Below, piece by piece: positions 26,608 through 38,892 of a stretch of 64,000 nt of DNA; the first letter of the stretch is position 1, and each line of letters starts with the position of its first letter. Below the pieces are notes generated by a model. It was given only the letters and a program-made list of their open reading frames with translations. It searched no databases and had not been told where the DNA came from. The translations under genes were made by a program, and so were the position numbers. The DNA comes from Octopus vulgaris (lineage: Eukaryota), in contig OX597836.1 of NCBI GenBank assembly GCA_951406725.2, positions 20,646,001 to 20,710,000 of the forward strand. Direction: 5' to 3'.

Positions 26608-27848
26608 TATATTCTCAGACAGAGAAAAATTACTTGGTCAAAGGTCATGAAGTATGTACCATTGCCCTGGACATAAAGATGCTTCGTAACAGAGGCTGAC
26701 ACAATATAATACTCAAAGGGCTTGTGGCTAATTGCTTCAGTGGTTGTGAAACTAATTAGACAGAATATCCATCAATGGCATTCTTTCGGATCAATATTTT
26801 CATCTGTCACCAGTCAATGGACCATTCACAGAATGTTCAATGTCAGACCAGTTTTTAGCTTTCAAAGATGACCTGATTTATCAATGCCTGCAAATGTGTG
26901 TTGTATCCATAAGGTGATGACATTACAATATTTTCCCAAGTAAGAACTTTAGTGAAGGCATATGGCTTAGTGATTAGAGTATCTGGTTCATGAATGTAAG
27001 ATTGTGAGTTTGATTCTTTGTGGAGCATTGTGTCCTTAAGCAAAACACTTTAGCCATGTCCCTTTGCATTAAATATGCTAACACAAACTTAACTATTGTT
27101 TTTCATGCAGATGGTGTCTCTGAGTCTGGATCAAGGGTCTAAAAGGCTTAGAATTTTATAACTCTTTTTTAAAAAAAAGTTACTCTGCAGGTTGTTGTGT
27201 GGTTAAGAAGTTCATTTTGCAATCACATAGTATCAGGTTCAATCCCACTAAGCAGTACTTTGGGCAAATGTCTTCTACTATAACCTTGGGCTAATCAATG
27301 CCTTGTGAATGAATTTAGTAGATGGGAACTGTGTGGAACCTAGTTGTATAACTGTGTGTGTAGCATCCAGCATGCTCTGATAAGTGGCTGGTCTTAGGAA
27401 GGGCATGTAACCATAGAAACCATGCCACAACAGACAGTTGGAGTCCAGACAGCACCCTGCTAGCCAACTCAATGTCAAACCAACCATCCAATCAATGCTA
27501 GCATGGAGACTGGACATTAAACGATGATGATGGTAATGATACGTATGTGTGTGTGTTATTGCGTCTGTACCCCTGCCAACTGCTTGACAACTAGTGTTGG
27601 TTTATTTATATTTCTGTAACTTAGTGGTTCAGCAAAATAGACTGATAGAATGAGACCTTGACTTAAAAAAATAAGTACTGGGATTGATTTGTGAGACAAA
27701 ACCTTTCAAAGCAGTGCCCCAGAATAGCTGCAATCCAATTACTGAAACAAATAAAAGATAATGACTACAAAAGATTTGTGTTGAAACAGAAATATTTATG
27801 CATAATTAAATCTCAGAATGAGATTGAAACAGTAATCGCTCGATAATG

Positions 27849-28126
27849 TAAAGTATAGAAGCCATCTTATCATGGCTAACCACATAGGGGAGGGGGTGTT
27901 ACTGTAGCTTTATAGCCCCAAGAGATCGTCGTCTCTAGCTGGCTTTAGACACCATATCAGTGCCCTTGAAGTATTTGCAACCCTTTGCAACTCTTTGCAA
28001 ATACTTCAAGGGCATTGATATGGTGTCTAAAGCCAGCTAGAGACGAAGATCTCTTGGGGCTATAAAGCTACAGTAACACCCCCTCCCCTATGTGGTTAGC
28101 CATGATAAGATGGCTTCTATACTTTA
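27849..28126. mobile_element. Fold-back (MITE-like) element: ~132-bp inverted repeat with 2 mismatches and a 14-nt spacer
   Basis: taaagtatagaagccatc...gaagtatttgcaa pairs with ttgcaaatacttc...gatggcttctatacttta. Confidence 0.9.
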
Positions 28127-28191
28127 TAGAAATATTTATCTTCATTGAAAAAGAAAAAAAAAAATGATTAAAAAAAAGTTCGTTAACGAAC

Positions 28192-28435
28192 CTAAATGCT
28201 GCTGTCCTTTCTGAACTTTGATGTTTTTCTCCAGTGAAGCAGGTAAGGAGTCGACAGAGCCACTTAATGATCGTAAAGAAATTGGTGATGGAAGCGGTGA
28301 CATTCTTGGAGACATTGTGCGTGGTGTGGATGATGGTGATGAAAATGCTTTAAGGTCACTTGTGGTGAAATGATCGGATGATGAACTATCCACACTTTCA
28401 GACTTTTTGTGGCCAATATGAGCTTTTAGATTTAC
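28192..28435 (-). CDS. MPDZ: Ser/Pro-rich exon ending in the first strand of the PDZ6-equivalent domain (phase 0-1)
   Basis: Acceptor tttctttgcaactgtag| and donor TAG|gttcgt. Reads VNLKAHIGHKKSESVDSSSS...SLEKNIKVQKGQQHL(G); the split Gly joins the next exon to give the KGQQHLGITV carboxylate-binding-loop equivalent. Confidence 0.9.
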
Positions 28436-28482
28436 CTACAGTTGCAAAGAAAGAAAATAAAATGGTAAACCGTAATTAATCT

Positions 28483-28710
28483 TTAACCCCTTAGTTTTTA
28501 AACCGGCCAAATCCGGCTAAAATATTTTACCTATTTTATGTTCAAACTAGTCAGATATAGTCATTCATAGCTATTTTATTGTGTCATTTAAAAAATAAAG
28601 AATCACATCATTGAAATCTCAAAGCCATGAAATGATACAAGATTAATTTTACATGGTGTGAATACACAAGCGTTACATTTTACAGAATAATCTGAATGCT
28701 AAAGGGTTAA
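28483..28710. mobile_element. piggyBac-like MITE
   Basis: TTAA|ccccttag ... ctaaaggg|TTAA; a related fragment lies at ~39357-39430 in reverse orientation. Confidence 0.7.
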
Positions 28711-28964
28711 ATGGAATAATAAAGTGATGTTTATAAAGGGTTATCAAAGATTTGCAGCTAACAGTTCCAGCTGAATGTCAAACAAAATTAATCTTCCCAG
28801 TTCTTAGAGAGTGAGATTATAATTAGCTCAAAATAGTAAAAACTTTACAATTTGGCAAAGTTGGCTCATTGTTAAACTTTGAAGTCCCAGACATCCATTT
28901 TCTTGTAAAAATAAAATTGACAATAATAAATCTCTGAGCGAGGTATAAACAATAGCTGCAACAC

Positions 28965-29181
28965 ATCGTGAAGTATTTTTGTCACTTAAATGTGACTAAC
29001 CCCTAAGGGTGGATGCTACTGTAGCTTGTAGCCCAAGGAGGACACCTCCTCCAGCTGGCTATTGATACATTTTTTGACACACCTCCTCCAGGTGGAGGAT
29101 GTGTCCTCCTGGGGCTACAAGTTACAGTAGCATCCACTCTTAGGGGTTAGCCACATTTAAGTGACAAATATACTTCATGAT
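28965..29181. mobile_element. Second fold-back element related to 27849-28126
   Basis: About 85-bp imperfect inverted repeat (atcgtgaagta... / ...tacttcatgat) sharing ctaacc...tactgtagct...tagccc...agctggct with the first. Confidence 0.85.
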
Positions 29182-30003
29182 AAAATTGACACTTAAATAT
29201 ATTCATGTGTTTCTCAAATAAGTAATATTTCCTTATTGGGAGAACTGTTAGAGAGTCTGACACAATTACTTGCCATGTCTTGTACCAGTTTTTATCAATC
29301 TGATGAGAAAACCTCCAGTGATACTGATGTGAAGCTGTACTGGTCTTTAAGAATAGTCCCTCTCATTTGGACAAAATTGGTGACATGTAGAGGAGAAACA
29401 TCAATTTTATGTTTATAATTGTAGATACATGGCCAAACTTGACCAATAGGCATCTGAGACTGACAGTCTGGTCACAGACCAATGACTGCAACCAGATGAA
29501 GGTGGTGCCTTAATACAACTATTATCTGATAAGCGAAGATGATAAAGGAATCAAAGAATAAAAGAATCAAAGAATACAGTAATCTAAAAGCTACATTCAG
29601 CGCAAATATGAATACAGAGTTCAAACAGAAACTGAATATATTCAATAAATAGCTTAACTTTGGAAAATAAATATATATATATATATATAAAAAAAAAGAA
29701 GTCTGTATTCAGATCAAAATTTCTAAAACATCAACAATAACAACAAAAACAATGACAGTGCTGCCACTACCACTGCAGAAGATAAGTTAAACATTAATAG
29801 TAAAAGACAATAGCAGGAAACAGCCAATAAAATTCAATGTATCAATAACACACACATACATACATACACACATTAGGGAAAAAATTCAGTTAAATTAAAC
29901 CAGGAAACCTGTCAGTTGGAATTCTATAGAAATCATGTTTTTCAGTTTTTATTGTTGTTGTTGTTTATATTTTTTATTATTAATTTTATTATCAAGAGGT
30001 TAT

Positions 30004-30021
30004 TACACACACACACAACTG

Positions 30022-30055
<34 letters not shown>

Positions 30056-30200
30056 TATATATACACACATACACACACACATATATATGCACATATATAT
30101 ATATGCACATATATATATATATATATACACACACATATATATATATACACACACATATATATATACACACACACACATATATATATATACATACACACAT

Positions 30201-30249
<49 letters not shown>

Positions 30250-30305
30250 GGCATGTCTGGATGCGCGTACATATATATATATATATTATACACACACATA
30301 TACAT
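30004..30305. repeat. Compound (CA)n/(TA)n microsatellite
   Basis: Direct reading; source of several spurious ORFs. Similar tracts lie at 6823-7000, 7255-7640, 8826-8920, 17255-17425, 17690-17765 and 62965-63085. Confidence 0.95.
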
Positions 30306-30746
30306 GTATCATCCTCAGAATTACTCCTACTTGAAATATGTTTTTAATATTGAAAATTTCTCTCAATTCAAGAATCAATAAAAATTTTTTTTTGATTGTT
30401 GTTGAAATTTCCATTTATATTTATGTATATATCATTTGTTGATTTTTTTCCTTTCTTTTTTCAATCTTTGATTTCAAGAGGATATTGTGAGAGTGAATGT
30501 GTGTGTGTGTGTGTGTGTACATGTGTGTTTAATTTTGTAATTATTTTGTAGTGGTTGTCACCATTAATGAAGTAGTAGTAGTATTTGTTGATATTGCTAT
30601 CTGTCTACACCTCACCACTTGCCTTATATAAGATTTCACTCTTCAAACACCGAAACATTTATAGTTTCTACATAATGTTAATGCTAGTTTCCACAGCAGC
30701 CGAATGTATTGAAATAAGGGAGTAAAAAATAAGAATGATGAATATA

Positions 30747-30942
30747 GGCGCAGGAGTGGCTGTGTGGTAAGTAGCTTGCTAACCAACCACATGGGTCCGG
30801 GTTCAGTCCCACTGCGTGGCATCTTGGGCAAGTGTCTTCTGCTATAGCCTCGGATCGACCAAAGCCTTGTGAGTGGATTTGGTAGATGGAAACTGAAAGA
30901 AGCCTGTCGTATATATGTATATATGTATATATATGTGCGTGT

Positions 30943-30973
<31 letters not shown>

Positions 30974-30991
30974 CACGTGCGCGCGCGTGTG

Positions 30992-31024
<33 letters not shown>

Positions 31025-31233
31025 TTGTGTGTCTGTGTTTGTCCCTCTAGCATTGCTTGACAACTGATGCTGGTGTGTTTACGTCCCCATCACTTAGCGG
31101 TTTGGCAAAAAGGCCGATAGAATAAGTACTGGGTTTACAAAGAATAAGTCCCGGGGTTGATTTGCTTGACTAAAGGCGGTGCTCCAGCATGGCCGCAGTC
31201 AAATGACTGAAACAAGTAAAAGAGAGTAAAGAG
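30747..31233 (+). mobile_element. Young SINE family A copy with expanded internal (TG)n
   Basis: Full head and tail present. Confidence 0.92.
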
Positions 31234-31682
31234 TATGTTAATAATAATAATAATAATAATCCTTTCTACTATAGGCACAAAGCCTGAAATTTTGCTGTGG
31301 TGGGATTAGTTATATTACTTTGACCCACAGTGTTCAATGGAGCTTATTTCATCAATCCCCAAAAAGATGAAAAGCAAAACTGATCTCAGTGGGATTTGAA
31401 CTCTGTACATAAAAAGCTGGAAGAAATGCTTGCTAAGCGTTTCGCCTGATGTGCTAATGATTCTGCCAGCTCACTGCCTTAATAATAATGATAATGGTTT
31501 CAGATTTCAGTACAAGATCAAGCAATTTAGGAGAGGGGCTCAGTCAATTGCACTGACTCTGCTACTCAACTGGTACATTTTATCGACCCCGAAAGGATGA
31601 AAGGCAAAGTCAACCTTGGTAGAATTTGAACTCAGAACATAGCAGCAGACGAAATACCGCTAAGCATTTTTAGGTTTGCCAG

Positions 31683-31960
31683 CCTAGCCTGGCCCCCGTG
31701 CCGGTGGCACGTAAAAAGCGCCATCCGTCTGTGGCCGTCTGCCAGCTCCGTCTGGCACCTGTGCGGGTGGCACGTAAAAAGCACCCACTACACTCACGGA
31801 GTGGTTGGCGTTAAGAAGGGCATCCAGCCGTAGAAACACTGCCAGATCAGACTGGGCCTGATGCAGCCTTCTGGCTTCACAGACCCCAGCTGAACCGTCC
31901 AACCCATGCTAGCATGGAAAGCGGACGTTAAATGATGATGATGATGATGATGATGATGAT
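31683..31960 (+). mobile_element. SINE/LINE-tail family C ending in (GAT)n
   Basis: ggcacgtaaaaagc subrepeats, then aagggcatccagc...gctagcatggaaagcggacgttaaa(tga)n. Other copies at 18360-18540 (+), 38195-38373 (-), 54795-54975 (+) and 58168-58650 (-). Confidence 0.85.
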
Positions 31961-32044
31961 GTAAGATAACTTTATTTGGAATTGGATCTTGAACCACATA
32001 TAAAGCAATAAATAATAACATGTAAATATGGCACTTATTCGTTT

Positions 32045-32538
32045 ATTCTCTTACTCGTTTCAGTCACTTGACTGGGGCCATGCTGGAGCACCGCCTTTAG
32101 TTGGACAAATAAACCCCAGGACTTATTCTTTGTAAACCCAGTACTTGTTCTATTGGTCTATTTTGCCAAACCACTACGTTATGGGGATGCAAACACACCA
32201 ACATCGGTTGTCAAGTGATGGTGGGAGGGACAACACAGACATACAAATACATACATGTGTATATATACAGATATACAATTGTACGCGGTTGAAGAAGGCT
32301 ATTGACATACATGTTACATCAATTATGCATTGATATAAATTGTCCAATAAAGCCAGAAACATATGTACCGCTAAATCCTTTGCATCCTGTCTTTCTTTTG
32401 ATAAATATATATATATGATGAGCTTCTTCCAGTTTTCCATCTACCAAATCCACTCACAAGGCTATAGTAAAAGACACTTGCCCAAGGTGCCATGCAGTGA
32501 GACTGAACCAGAACCACGTGGTCGAGAAGCAATCTTCT
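32045..32538 (-). mobile_element. SINE family A copy, interrupted by an internal insertion
   Basis: Reverse-complement tail at 32045-32260 and head at 32420-32538. Confidence 0.85.
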
Positions 32539-32726
32539 TACCACACAGCCACTCCTGCCTAGTTGGTTATGATGACAAGGGTTGATCCAATCAACAGAAT
32601 ATGCTGCTTGTGAAAGTATTATATGCAAATGGCTAAGCACTTTGGCAGACACTTAACGTAGTTCTCAGTACTCTTGATGTAGTTCTCAGGGAGATTCAGC
32701 ATGACAAAACTGGAGCAATGTGCCTT

Positions 32727-33105
32727 CTTCTTCTTCTAACCGCTCAGTCGAAGTCGACTCTCGATCACTTGTTGGATCAGTGTCCTCCAGTCAGTTCTAT
32801 CCTGAGCCGCTTCTTTCAGACTGGCTATGTCCATTCTGGTATCACTCTTAATGGTGTCAAGCCAGTGGGTTCTTGATCGGCCTCTTCTTCTCTTGCCACT
32901 GACCATTCCGAGCATGATGTCCTTCTCCAGGGATTTTCTCCACATAATATGACCAAAATATGCCAATCTATGCTTGGTGATCCTAGCTTCTGGCGACATT
33001 TTCGGCCTTATCTGCTTAAGAACTTCTCCATTGGTGAGCCTCGCTGTCCATGGAATCCGTAAAAGTCTTCTCCAACACCAAAGCTCGAATGCATTAATTC
33101 TCTTC
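32727..33105 (-). mobile_element. 5'-truncated RTE (BovB-like) LINE, end of ORF2 with (AAG)n tail, inserted into a SINE
   Basis: KRINAFELWCWRRLLRIPWTAR...RLAYFGHIM...LEKDIMLGMVSGKRRRGR...WLD...DRTDWR; 8-bp TSD TGTGCCTT at 32719 and 33106. Confidence 0.92.
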
Positions 33106-34060
33106 TGTGCCTTACCAAGCAAAAAATGTGCAGCTGCAAACTGAACTCATAATCTTGTGATCATGAACTGAATATCCATAACAACTAAGCTATGCACCTT
33201 CAGTATGTAAATATTAGGTTGAAAAACACTTGCTGATACAAAAAGTCAAAGGTCGCCCATGGGATTTGAAACCACGTCTCCTGCTGACATGACATCAATT
33301 CAATATTTACATGCATGTTTATAGCTTTATATGCATTTTGAGATCCAGTTCTAAAAATGAAATTATATGTGTGTGCGTGATTAAATTATAACAGCAGTAG
33401 ATCAGACGCCATTCTATAGCCACACAGCTAGTACATCTATCTCATCTTTGAATTATTGGCCAATGGCATTAATATAGGAAAATATGCAGCTTGTGTATCT
33501 GTTGAGAATTCTCAATAATTTCCCACGAGGAATTATATTTAATGGAATACCAATACTTGGAGTAAGGATGGAGTGAAGATTTATCTTCAAGTAAATCATT
33601 GCTACCATCCTCCTCTTCCTCCTACTACTACTACTACTAATAATAATAATAACGGTTTCAAATTTTGGCACAAGGCCAGCAAGTTCGGGGGAGAAAGTAA
33701 GTCGATTACATCGACCCCAGTGCGTAACTGGTACTTATTTAATCGCTCCTAAAAGAATGAAAGGCAAAGTCGACCTCAGTGGGATTTGAACTCAGAACAT
33801 AAAGATAGACAAAATGCCACTAAGCATTTTGCCCAGCATGCTAACGATTCAGCCAGTTCCACATACCTTCTTGCTATCTCCTAGACCTTAGACTCCTCCA
33901 CATACACTGTCACTAAGTCTCTCTTTCTCAGTTTTCCCATTCACTTTGTCACACAGGTCCAAGCACACAAACATCCATATCCATACAAACATCTCCCCTT
34001 CTCCGAGCTGGGGAAGGATGGGGTGTCAAGGGTGGAGGAGTTGATGGTAAGGCTGGACAG

Positions 34061-34300
34061 AAGGCGGTGAGCTGGCAGAAACGTTAGCACACCAGGCGAA
34101 ATGCTCAGCGGTATTTCGTCTGCCGCTACGTTCTGAGTTCAAATTCCACCGAGGTCGACTTTGCCTTTCATCCTTTCGGGGTCGATTAAATAAGTACCAG
34201 TTATGCACTGGGGTCGATATAATTGACTTAATCCGTTTATCTGTTCTTGTTTGTCTGTCCTCTGTATTTAGCCCCTTGTGGGTAGTAAAGAAATAGGTAC
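34061..34300 (+). mobile_element. Young SINE family B copy with 10-bp TSD
   Basis: GGCTGGACAG at 34051-34060 and 34301-34310. Confidence 0.92.
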
Positions 34301-34512
34301 GGCTGGACAGTTTTTATCGGAGGCAATGTTAAAAAATTTATAACCAGATGCTGCGTTCCCTTTTTCTAAGCTTTTTAGGTAAATTTTATAACATACAGGG
34401 CTAAGTAGCACATATTTGAATAAAAATAATAATAATAATAATAATGAAATTATTGTATACAGTGCTCAGGTGCACCACAACTTGTCAAGAAGAATATTCC
34501 ATACATACATAC

Positions 34513-34626
34513 CTTCATATCTTCGAGTGTGATCTGGTCTTCAGTGTTCTCAAGAGTACTCAAGGGAGGGGAAGGAGGGGGTGTCAAGGGTGGAGGAGTC
34601 GATGGTAAGGCTGGTGGAATCTCACT
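34513..34626 (-). CDS. MPDZ: Proline-rich linker exon (38 aa, SEIPPALPSTPPPLTPPPSPPLSTLENTEDQITLEDMK, phase 0-0)
   Basis: Acceptor ttcctttctttccaaacag| and donor AAG|gtatgt; 114 nt, in frame with flanking exons. Confidence 0.82.
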
Positions 34627-34916
34627 CTGTTTGGAAAGAAAGGAATAAAAAAATAAATCAATAAGTAAATAAATAAACAAACACCTGAGTGCATAGTAAA
34701 CAAACAAACAGAAGTTGATAAACAAATCATATGAAACATTGTTAGAAATGCATTTTAAGCAGTACAGGAAATGGGTTGGGGGTAGGGAAAGAACATGATT
34801 ATAATTTGGACTAACAGCTAAGTGCTGACCCAACAGGTCATGTGTAGAATTTGACACCAAAAGACAAACTGTGTACAGGTGTGCAGTAGCTAATGAAGAA
34901 CAACTATACAGAATCT

Positions 34917-35146
34917 TTAACCCTTTTGATACCAACCCGGCCAAAACTGCCTCTGGCTCTGTAGTACAAATGTCTTGTTTTCATAAGTATTGAATTAAAA
35001 TCTTCCACCCAAACCTTAGTCACAATTTATGTTCCTAATACCAGCTTAATTATTGCTAAGTTATTTTACTAAATTCTTTGTTATATTTAAAGTAATTGAA
35101 AGAAACACAGAGCATCTCAAGATAAATACGGTAACAAAAGGGTTAA
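34917..35146. mobile_element. piggyBac-like MITE
   Basis: TTAA TSD; TIR CCCTTTTGATACC versus CCCTTTTGTTACC (12/13). Confidence 0.85.
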
Positions 35147-35249
35147 CAAAATAAGTATTTCACCTGTGTTTGGTTTGCAAGATTTTTGATGTGAACCTTT
35201 ACATTAAAACAGATTTTGTTGAACTTTGGGAAGATCATTATACCACCAC

Positions 35250-35580
35250 TGGTTCTTTTTCACTTTATTTTTAGTCAATTCTTTAACACTTAACCAATTA
35301 ATTAACTGATTGTTCAATTAATCATTCTGTCAATCAATCAATCAACCAGCTGGGTTTGTCAAAGTCCTTTCATTGCCATCTGCAACTTCAGCAAGGACAT
35401 ACCCTCTCAATTCCAGGTTTGTTTCAGATCTGCCAGAAAGGGCATGCCATTGATGAGGTTGCAAATGGTGATGAAAGGACTTCGACAGAACTAGCTGATT
35501 GACTGACTGAATGACCAATCAAACAATTGATTAGTTAATTAGTTAAATGTAAAAAAAAATTGAATATTAAAGTAAAGAAG
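35250..35580. mobile_element. Old diverged fold-back element (arms of roughly 150 bp)
   Basis: cagctgggtttgtcaaagtcctttcattgccatctgcaacttca pairs imperfectly with tgaggttgcaaatggtgatgaaaggacttcgacagaactagctg; the symmetry continues through the AT-rich flanks. Confidence 0.75.
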
Positions 35581-36561
35581 TAAAGTGTGTGTGATAATTA
35601 TTGGCATAATGACTCTCCTAAGACACATCAAAAATATTTCATCTGCTTGTGCAGTGTTATTGTTTCAATGGCATGTCAAAATTTAACTGATAATGTGAAA
35701 TAAAGTGTCAGTGTCATGCATAAGGTCACAAGGTGCCACCAGGAATCGAACTCATGACCATACAATTGTGAGCCAAAGACCCTAACCTCTAAGCCATGTG
35801 CCTTCTTAACTACCTTTAGATCGTGAGTTCAAAATCTGAAGTCAACTTTGCCCTTCGTCCTTCTCCTTCCAGGCAAGACAAAAGTAGCAGTTAACTACTG
35901 GGGGAGTTGATAAAATAATTTCTTATCATAGTTTCATGAATGATGCTTTAATAAGAATATAATAATTCTTTTCCTACCAAAAAATATATTGCTTTGTGTA
36001 TAAGTTAGATATCAATAATTTTTTAAAAATGTCTTACCTATTCTCCTCAGTCAAACCTACTCGTTAACTAATCGAGAAAAAAATGTATATGCAGATGTTT
36101 TACAGGTGTCAGTTTTAATAACAAGAACTTAATCAATAGATGTAAAAAAACAAATAAAAATTAAAGCACAAAAAAATTATCTCTCGTTTATACACTCAAG
36201 AAAACAGATGAATATCTTTAATCAATATTGCTAAGTATTCTTTTCCTTTTTGCATCTCTCTCTCTTTCTCTCTCTCTCTGTTTTAACTAAAAAAAATATT
36301 CAGACATATTGGTCAAACCTCATAAGTGTGTTGATTATGATAAAATGCCAGATAGCAATTTATGATGGGTTTTAGAAATTCTCACACTGTTTGTTTATCT
36401 TGGACTGGCATCAAGCAAGCAGATCATACAGATGTTGTTTACTCAACATTAACACTGATAAAAAAACATTACCCAATGTGTCCTTCCTTTTTGTAAGACA
36501 ATGGTGTGCAATTTGTAGGAATTTGGCTCCTGTTTCTAGCTGCTCAAGTGATCAGGTACAA

Positions 36562-36817
36562 CAGTATTTCTCAACCATTTTTTTAATCTATGGACCCTTT
36601 TAATTCCTATTTTACTCAGACTGGCCCACCTAGCAATTCAATGTTTAAAAAATCCTATCATATTTTTATAATTAAATGTTATTTGGAATTGTATAAAGAT
36701 ATTGTTAAAAGATTTTGTCTTATATAGAAGCATAAGCAATTTATTGCACATAAATTTTAACAACAAAATCTTATATGCACCCCCAAGGGCCATATGAATC
36801 CCTGTTGAGAACCACTG
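36562..36817. mobile_element. hAT (Charlie-like) MITE
   Basis: TIR cagtatttctcaac / gttgagaaccactg; 8-bp TSD aggtacaa / atgtacag (6/8). Confidence 0.78.
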
Positions 36818-38096
36818 ATGTACAGGCTAAGGTAGTAGTAGTAGTGATAGTAGTAGTAGTTGTTCAGTTCCAGGTTAGCTGTAATAAAAAGATCAGCAAT
36901 TTTGTAGGGAGGTGGTTTGGTGATTACCACGCCCGCCCCAGGCCAGTATTTTATTTTGTTAACCCTATAGGAATGAAGGGTAAAGTTGACTTCAGTGGGG
37001 TGTGAACTTAGAAGGTAAAAAGTTGAAAGAAATACCCCAAAGTAATTTTTTTTCAACAGTCTAATGATACTGCAAACTCACAGGTACGTCTGATATTTGG
37101 AGGAGAGGAGTGAATTGGTTTTATACCACTGGACCCAGGACTTGACTAGCACTTTATTTTACTGACCCTAGGGAGATGAAAGGTAAAATTGTTTCTAACA
37201 TAGGTGTAAGGCCTGGAGGTGGATAGAATAGTTAATTAAATTGACTTCAGTACTTGATTGGTACTTTATTTTTTCCAACCCTGAAAGAATTCAACACCAT
37301 TTTCCAATTTCCACCAAAAATACCAGAAAGACATTAATAGGCAAAATTCTGACTGTCCCCAAAGGTAAGAAAACACACACACACAGAAAGAGAGACAGAG
37401 TAACACCAGGAAAAAAATAACAATATAAAGGGAAATTAATATATCCTTTTATCTACTGGGAACAACGCCAACTTTAACTATGTAGAATGTATTAGTATAG
37501 ATGCAATCATGTAAGAATTTTAGCAACGGAAGTCATAACTACAGCCATTTATGTTTGGGACAGCAGTTACACATCAAACGATTTCCAAAATCACTCTGTA
37601 TTAAATAGGTAGCATGAAAGTGTGTTTGTGTGTATGTTTACGCTATGCTGCATGTATTTACAATAGGACTTTCAGTTCCCTCAACATCAACTTGCCTGTG
37701 TACATTGATTGACCTACAGATGTTAAGGCATGGTATTATCAGCCACATTAATCTTACCTGTCTGGGAAAACTTGCAAAGTATTGGCTTTTGGTCACCTTA
37801 TGATGATTAACAAATGAAACATAAGGAAACTTCTGTGCATGTGTATGCGTGTATACAAAATTAAGAGGAATGACCACTAAAGTGCCATTGACATCTATGT
37901 TTAGCATATTAGGTCAAATTGCCATTGACGTCTGTTCAAAAACTATGTCACTGTATGAAAAAATTTTATAACATTCTTCTGACATAATGACTCAAATACA
38001 TTTTTTAACCTTTTAAAACAAGCCTTCTGTAGTTTTTTTCACTTTTTACTATTTTCTATATATTCAACCACGTGCTTTCACACACCAACTTTCTCA

Positions 38097-38164
<68 letters not shown>

Positions 38165-38855
38165 ATATACTACATATATATTAACACATACATGTCATCA
38201 TCATCATCGTTTAACGTCCGTTTTCCGTGCTAGCACGGGTTGGACGGTTCGACCGGGGTCTGGGAAGCCAGGGGCTGCTCCAGGCTCCAGTCTGATCTGG
38301 CAGAGTTTCTACGGCTGGATGCCCTTCCTAACGCCAACCACTCCGCGAGTGTAGTGGGTGCTTTTTACGTGCCGCATATAATAAATACACAAACACACAA
38401 GACCAAGCTTGGCTGTGTACTTAAGGAGTACACTACAGAACCACATGGATTCAGGTTCAGTCTCACAGTGCAGCACTTTGGATAAGTGTCTTTTACTATA
38501 CTTTAGTCTAAGTAAAGGCTTGTGAGTGGATTTGGTAGATGGGAACGAAAAGAAGTTACTTGTGTGTGTGTGTGTGTACCTTTGTGCTGTATCTCCTGAC
38601 CTGAACACTGTAAATGCCACCATTATATAAGTGACTGTTTGTGATTTCCTGTGAAAATAAGCTTGGCCAGTGTTTTGTTCCCATTTAAAGGATGTAGGTG
38701 AAGGTTGGTCAGAGAAAATCTGCTTCAATAAATTTTGTCTGACTCATACAAGCATGCAAAAGTGGGAACTAAAATGATGACGGTGATAATGAACACATAT
38801 ATTTAAACACACACACACACACATCTATAGTCATCTTTCTCTCTGTCTCTCCTTC

Positions 38856-38892
<37 letters not shown>

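Noticed and set aside
29916-30381. YI/HT/CV-repeat ORFs here and near 6.8, 7.3, 17.2, 50.2 and 57.4 kb
   Set aside because: Translations of (TA)n, (CA)n and (GA)n microsatellites.
36038-36067. Possible coding micro-exon with strong donor AG|gtaaga on the minus strand
   Set aside because: Both candidate acceptors give in-frame stops in the required phase; a non-coding exon cannot be supported without transcript data.
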